DNA of 62,948 bases, the filler included, from Stramenopiles sp. TOSAG23-6 (lineage: Eukaryota): assembly GCA_900128565.1 (NCBI GenBank). It is 7 parts of 7 records of this genome, joined end to end, with 100 filler letters (N's around TTAATTAATTAA, not from the genome) between each part and the next. Parts side by side here need not be neighbours in the genome. Positions count along the whole stretch, not along the records: positions 51,426 to 61,478 come from LT636335.1; positions 61,579 to 62,948 come from LT639155.1; 5 more parts are not named here. One strand, 5' to 3'. The translations under genes were made by a program, and so were the position numbers. Positions 58,650-62,948 of the stretch are shown here, piece by piece. The notes below the pieces were generated by a model, which saw nothing but the letters and a program-made list of their open reading frames with translations, searched no databases and had not been told where the DNA came from. How positions within the stretch are numbered: the first letter of the stretch is position 1; every line of letters starts with the position of its first letter.

Positions 58650-59975
58650 TTATTGGCCAAGAGAGGATATTATATCACGATCTTTTTCTCTTAATGATTC
58701 AATGTGGTGATATGGTGGTAGGTTTACAGCTACTCGTTCATCTTCATGAGGCCAGCCTATGGTAAAATGGTAGACATCCGTCCAGTCAGTAGCACCTACT
58801 TTAAGTAATGCTTGTACCCATGGTGCAAAGAAGCAACCAATACCTGTTGCTTGAAGTCCAGTGCTTTTACCTGCTGCACCAGCTGCTAGATATAGTGCAC
58901 CACCTAGTGCACAGCTTTCCCAGTGTGCCCGTTTATACCACCACGCACCATATTTTTCAAGCGTTTGAATGTACTCTGCTAGAAAAACAACAGCAAATGC
59001 AGAATCTGATGCAATATCTTGGACACACGATCCTAATTTCGCTTCCTCTGTAAAATCACCCCTTTTTAACAAGACAAAGGGTATATCGGACGGGGTATCT
59101 GGGAGAGTATCCCATAGAAAGTTATTTTCTTTGTCAATTTGTGGTTTCAATGTCTCACAAGTTTTTCCTCTACATAAAATGTAAATTCCGGATGGAACAT
59201 TTGCAACACGGTGTACAAAAAACACTGGTTGAACTTTAGGTGTCCATGGAAACCACATTGGTTGGTGTATCATTCGACGAAGAATATCATAAAATAAATG
59301 AGATGGTAATCCATTTGTTGGTGCTGCATCTGCGTTATAACTTTGTGCACTTCGACGAGTGTGTATAAGATGCCGTATTGACAATGGACTTGAAGTCCAT
59401 ATTTTGTGTATACTACGTAAAGGTTTTTCATTATTCCAAAACGTTACTGGAACTAAAGTAGTCCGTCGACTGGCTTCTCGTGCAGCTGCAATAATAGGTC
59501 TAGCATCTGCTTCAGATTTACCATAGTACGAAATAATTGGAGTTGCGTGATATTTGGGTAGAGGTTCACCATGCCAAAAAGAACCACCCGTTGAAAAAGA
59601 CTGCCACCATTTTAATGGTGATTCTTTATCTTTAGTGTTATTATTTTTAGTGTTATTTTTAGTACTACTACTACTACTATTAGTATTATCTTTAGTACTA
59701 CTACTATTACTATTAGTATTATCTTTAGTACTACTATTACTATTAGTATTATCTTTAGTACTACTACTGCTATCTTTAGTACTACTACTACTAGGGAAAA
59801 CTGCAAAAATACATACTGGTTCTTCGGGTTTGTCGACACGTACAAAATCTAAAAGTTCAGAATCTATCATTGAATCAAGTAAAACTAGAGATAAATTTTG
59901 TGTCGCTGCACTAAAAGCAAATGACGAAAGTAAGTGACCAACATCATGATGTGTATATCTAAATCCAGGATCACC
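58650..59975 (-). CDS. SagB/nitroreductase-family protein, last exon
   Basis: G..GFRYTHHDVGH, IHTRRSA, FVHRV..V..GIY, SCVQDIASD.AF, ATGIGCFF, YHFTIG. Confidence 0.8.
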   Translation of the reverse strand, partial: GDPGFRYTHHDVGHLLSSFAFSAATQNLSLVLLDSMIDSELLDFVRVDKPEEPVCIFAVFPSSSSTKDSSSSTKDNTNSNSSTKDNTNSNSSSTKDNTNSSSSSTKNNTKNNNTKDKESPLKWWQSFSTGGSFWHGEPLPKYHATPIISYYGKSEADARPIIAAAREASRRTTLVPVTFWNNEKPLRSIHKIWTSSPLSIRHLIHTRRSAQSYNADAAPTNGLPSHLFYDILRRMIHQPMWFPWTPKVQPVFFVHRVANVPSGIYILCRGKTCETLKPQIDKENNFLWDTLPDTPSDIPFVLLKRGDFTEEAKLGSCVQDIASDSAFAVVFLAEYIQTLEKYGAWWYKRAHWESCALGGALYLAAGAAGKSTGLQATGIGCFFAPWVQALLKVGATDWTDVYHFTIGWPHEDERVAVNLPPYHHIESLREKDRDIISSLGQ

Positions 59976-60063
59976 ATGTAATTTAGAAAAATATTTCAAA
60001 AAAAAAAACGTTAGGTACAGAAGTTCGTACTAAAAAAAATGCAATTCATGAAATATAACTTGC
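59976..60063 (-). mobile_element. Family element joining a DNase I exon to a nitroreductase exon
   Basis: GCAAGT (or GT at 60059)...GTACCTAAC...TACAT; phases discordant. Confidence 0.65.
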
Positions 60064-60745
60064 AGTCTGCGTTTAAATCACCCATAAGAATGACACCAAT
60101 ACCAGCCTTCTCAGTTGAGACAACACTATCTACAACTTTCGCAAGGTGATCTATTTCAACAATGGTAATTCTTTTATCTGGTTTTACATGAATCCCAATG
60201 GTAGAGAATACATCTTTAGCTTCAACTTTTGAATTCTTTGAGTTTTTTGAGTCATTTGCAGCTGGGACATTTATACTCCAATAAAGTTGTTGTGGTGGTC
60301 TTTCCCACACATTTTCTTCATCAATAATGACCTTGCCATTATGTACCGGGGCAACACGTGAAGATTTATAAAACCAAACATATTGCTCTTTTGAACGAGT
60401 CCGTCCAAGACGCTCACTTTCAATGACTGAGTACAAATCTTTTGTTTCTGCTTTTTCATTCACTAGTCGTAGCAATTCTTTCACAGCACCTCCCGAGGCA
60501 TCCCTCACTTCTTGTATGAACAATAAATCAAATCGATGAATAATTTTTGTTATTGTCTGCATTACGTCCTCCTTTTTCTTCTTCGACTCACCAAAAACTT
60601 GTATATTAAAGCTGCCTATCTTGAGCTGACTGCTCGAAGAATGCACAAAGCAAACGCAAAGACACAAAACCAAACAAAANNNNNNNNNNNNNNNNNNNNN
60701 NNNNNNNNNNNNNNNNNNNNNNNCACGGTAATACATGATTTTCAA
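60064..60745 (-). CDS. DNase I-family endonuclease, 5' part
   Basis: Signal-like segment, SFNIQVFGESK, IQEVRD, SERLGR..KEQY, HVKP, MGDLNADC. Confidence 0.88.
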
Positions 60746-61060
60746 CTACCCGTAAGTATTTGAAAGAAGTTCTAGCTAGAGGCAGCTCAGGTGAACAGTA
60801 AAAAATAGCAAAACACCAAAATATAATAAAAAAGTCGATTTGACAGCCACGCGGTGGTCGGATCAAAATGTGATGTATCATCGTCATCATCATTGATTTT
60901 TTTTACCTTCTTGAATCTTGGGTTCTTGATTTCAAGACTCTTTACTTCTTCGATGATTTTGATCTCCAAGCAAAGGAAGATATAATTGAATATTTATTAT
61001 TGATAGCAAGGGTTCCTCTCGATCGATCTCTCCATTTATTGCAGCGATTGATATCATAGT

Positions 61061-61478
61061 ATGCAACTATTCCACGTTGTGATATTAATCTCAGTATTTG
61101 CAATAGTTAGCTCCGTTGCTAAGCAACTTGTTTCTACAGATTCGCCAATAGATGGTGAGGTATCCCCTGTAAGCTTGAGTGTAGAAGATGTCACATCTTT
61201 GACTCTTGAAGAGCAAGCTGCACTTAATCAGCTGGAAAAGGAGCGCGTGCTAGCAAAACTAAAGAGCGAACTCCGCGTGCAGCGTGATACGCATGAGCTT
61301 ATGTGGGCAAACTTAGTAGATTTAAAAGCTAGGATTGGTCACCTGGAAAAGGAGTTGAATAATCGAGCTAGTGCTTTAGACTTATTGATGGAAGCAACTA
61401 CTATAGAACAGGAAGATGTTAATACTATACTGGAAAACACCAAAAAGTTACAAACCGCATACGAACTTCATCGCGATT
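61061..61478 (+). CDS. Secreted coiled-coil protein, 3' truncated
   Basis: Signal-peptide-like N-terminus and heptad pattern. Confidence 0.55.
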
Positions 61479-61578
61479 NNNNNNNNNNNNNNNNNNNNNN
61501 NNNNNNNNNNNNNNNNNNNNNNTTAATTAATTAANNNNNNNNNNNNNNNNNNNNNNNNNNNNNNNNNNNNNNNNNNNN

Positions 61579-61632
61579 CGTACGAAATTTTGTACCTAAC
61601 GATTTTTTTTTGAAATATTTTCCAAAATACAA
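61579..61632 (+). mobile_element. Repeat-family intron, 3' part (ends TACAA)
   Basis: Core and 3' consensus at contig start. Confidence 0.72.
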
Positions 61633-62837
61633 AAACTCTACTAGCTGATAGAATTGCTAGATTTGATGGACATATATTAGCTATGGTTCTTCAAACCCGT
61701 TTTAGAGACTTTGCAGTTGCAATTGCAAAGGGTATTTTGTTCAGGTCTTTCCTCGCTGTATTTGATGCGGGTACAATTTCATGATGAATTTCGAATTTAT
61801 TTTGTTTTCGTACGAAATGTTGTACCTAACGATTTGTTTTAACCAAAAGAAAAATATTTTTTTCACAATTCATGAATTTCTCGACACAAATGGTATCTCA
61901 ATTTAGAATGGCGAAAACGTCTGAGACATTATTTGATGAATTTATATTTTACCACAGACAACTTTTTTGTTATTAAAAATAAGGACTCGAGGATTGATGA
62001 CCCTCAAAATCGAATTACGGAACAAGTAGAGCAACTTTCTATAGTGATAACCGATCTTTGGACATCTTTATTGCGACCGTCATTTGATATTTGTTTCAAT
62101 TCCTTCATGTACGCTTCATTTTCATTTTCATTATGATTTTTTTTTTTGTTTTCATTTTCATTATGATTTTTTTTTTTTTTTCATTTTCATTAGGATTTTC
62201 ATTTTCATTTTTTTTTTTTTTGGTATGATGTTTTCATAGTAAAACAAAAATGATTTTGTTTTGTTTTTTGACATGGACGTGCTCGTTATTATTTGTATTT
62301 TTCTTTTAATGATTTTTTGTTAGTTGTCGATATTCACCATTACTTTCAAATTTTGTTTTCATATGAAATTTTGTACTACACCGAAAGTTTTCAAAAAAAA
62401 TTGTTTTTTTTATTAGGTACAAAATTTCGTACCAAAAAAAAAAAATATCGTACCAACAATTTTGTTTTAAAATATTTTTTTCACAATTTATGCTACTTAG
62501 AGTATTAGGCACATGTGGAGCAACTTATATTTCAGTGTATATGATAGGTGCTGCACTTGTAATGCAAGTATTTGTACCAAATTTTCGTTCTCTTCGAAAG
62601 ATTGAGTTTGATCTCGAAGGTAAATTTCGTTTTGTACATTCTCGATTACTTCAACACACAGAGTCCGTAGCATTTTTTGGTGGTGGTGCCGTTGAAGAAC
62701 GTATTTGCAATTCTCGTTTTGATGATCTTGCTAATCATATCGAAACGTCCCAATTACAAAAATTACGATTTAACATATTCAATAATTTTATAATAAGGCG
62801 TACTCCTGATGTTATGGCATTTTATCTTCGTATGTAT
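61633..62837 (+). CDS. ABCD: Peroxisomal ABCD-family transporter, internal exons 61633-61770, 61874-62108, 62492-62837
   Basis: DRIA..G, L.LEWRKRL, DDPQNRITE, LEGKFRFVHSRL..H.ESVAFFGGGAVE (EAA-like motif). Confidence 0.85.
61771..61873 (+). mobile_element. Non-canonical GT..AT intron (103 nt)
   Basis: GTACA...TTCAT, phase 1; a -1 shift gives TGA. Confidence 0.85.
62109..62491 (+). mobile_element. Expanded GT..AT intron (383 nt) with nested and inverted cores
   Basis: Phase 2, NSF-M-LLRV; inverted core at about 62411-62432. Confidence 0.78.
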
Positions 62838-62948
62838 GTATGTTTTATTTTTTTTTTTTACAAAAGAATCGAATTTATTTTTTTATAAAAATGTTGTACC
62901 TAACAAATTTTAGTTTTTTTTTTTTTGAAATATTTTTCCAAAATACAT
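62838..62948 (+). mobile_element. GT..AT family intron (111 nt) ending at the window end
   Basis: GTATGTTTT...GTACCTAAC...CCAAAATACAT. Confidence 0.8.

Noticed and set aside
59554-59937. Leu/Val-rich membrane-like ORFs and other short antisense ORFs
   Set aside because: Shadows of low-complexity repeats (SSSTKDNTN) or of real genes on the opposite strand
10206-61578. TTAATTAATTAA palindrome recurring every ~10.2 kb
   Set aside because: Always centred in a fixed N block; an assembly linker. Gene neighbourhoods across it are meaningless.
261-62948. Reading the whole family as standard U12 AT-AC introns (register shifted by -2)
   Set aside because: 14 of 32 donors lack the upstream AT, the shift creates stops at 36988 and 52958, and the ATATCC consensus is absent
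261-62948. Elements as gene-inactivating insertions (pseudogenes)
   Set aside because: Strict sense orientation, clean frame restoration, and flanking exons free of stops in conserved housekeeping genes

Overview
AT-rich, gene-dense eukaryotic DNA, probably a protist (stramenopile-like by gene content; an impression, not a demonstration). The window is not one locus. It holds seven unrelated contigs, six of them about 10 kb and in decreasing size, joined by artificial N-TTAATTAATTAA-N spacers. About 30 protein genes or fragments are recognisable, including ZNF598/Hel2, MRM2, lipoate-ligase-like, UTP6, SERF, kinases, BTB-RCC1, a giant Cys-rich membrane protein, SBP2-like, PI-PLC, TRF4-like NTase, PKD2-like, a double glycosyltransferase and an ABCD transporter. 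The dominant signal is a dispersed ~90-115 nt sequence family, 34 intragenic copies by hand count (28 complete). Consensus: GTAYGTTTT...T-tract...TTCGTACGAAATTTTGTACCTAAC...T-tract...GAAATATTTTTCCAAAATACAT. Every copy is in the sense orientation of its host gene. In 25 of the 28 complete copies, removal keeps the flanking exons in frame, and several of these junctions restore conserved protein motifs. The copies therefore behave as introns, yet none ends in AG: nearly all are GT..AT, with GT..AA, AT..AT, AT..AC and GC-start variants. One ordinary GT-AG intron coexists. This looks like a mobile (Introner/MITE-like) intron family spliced by non-canonical 3' splice-site recognition. Splicing is inferred from reading frames only; no RNA evidence is available here.
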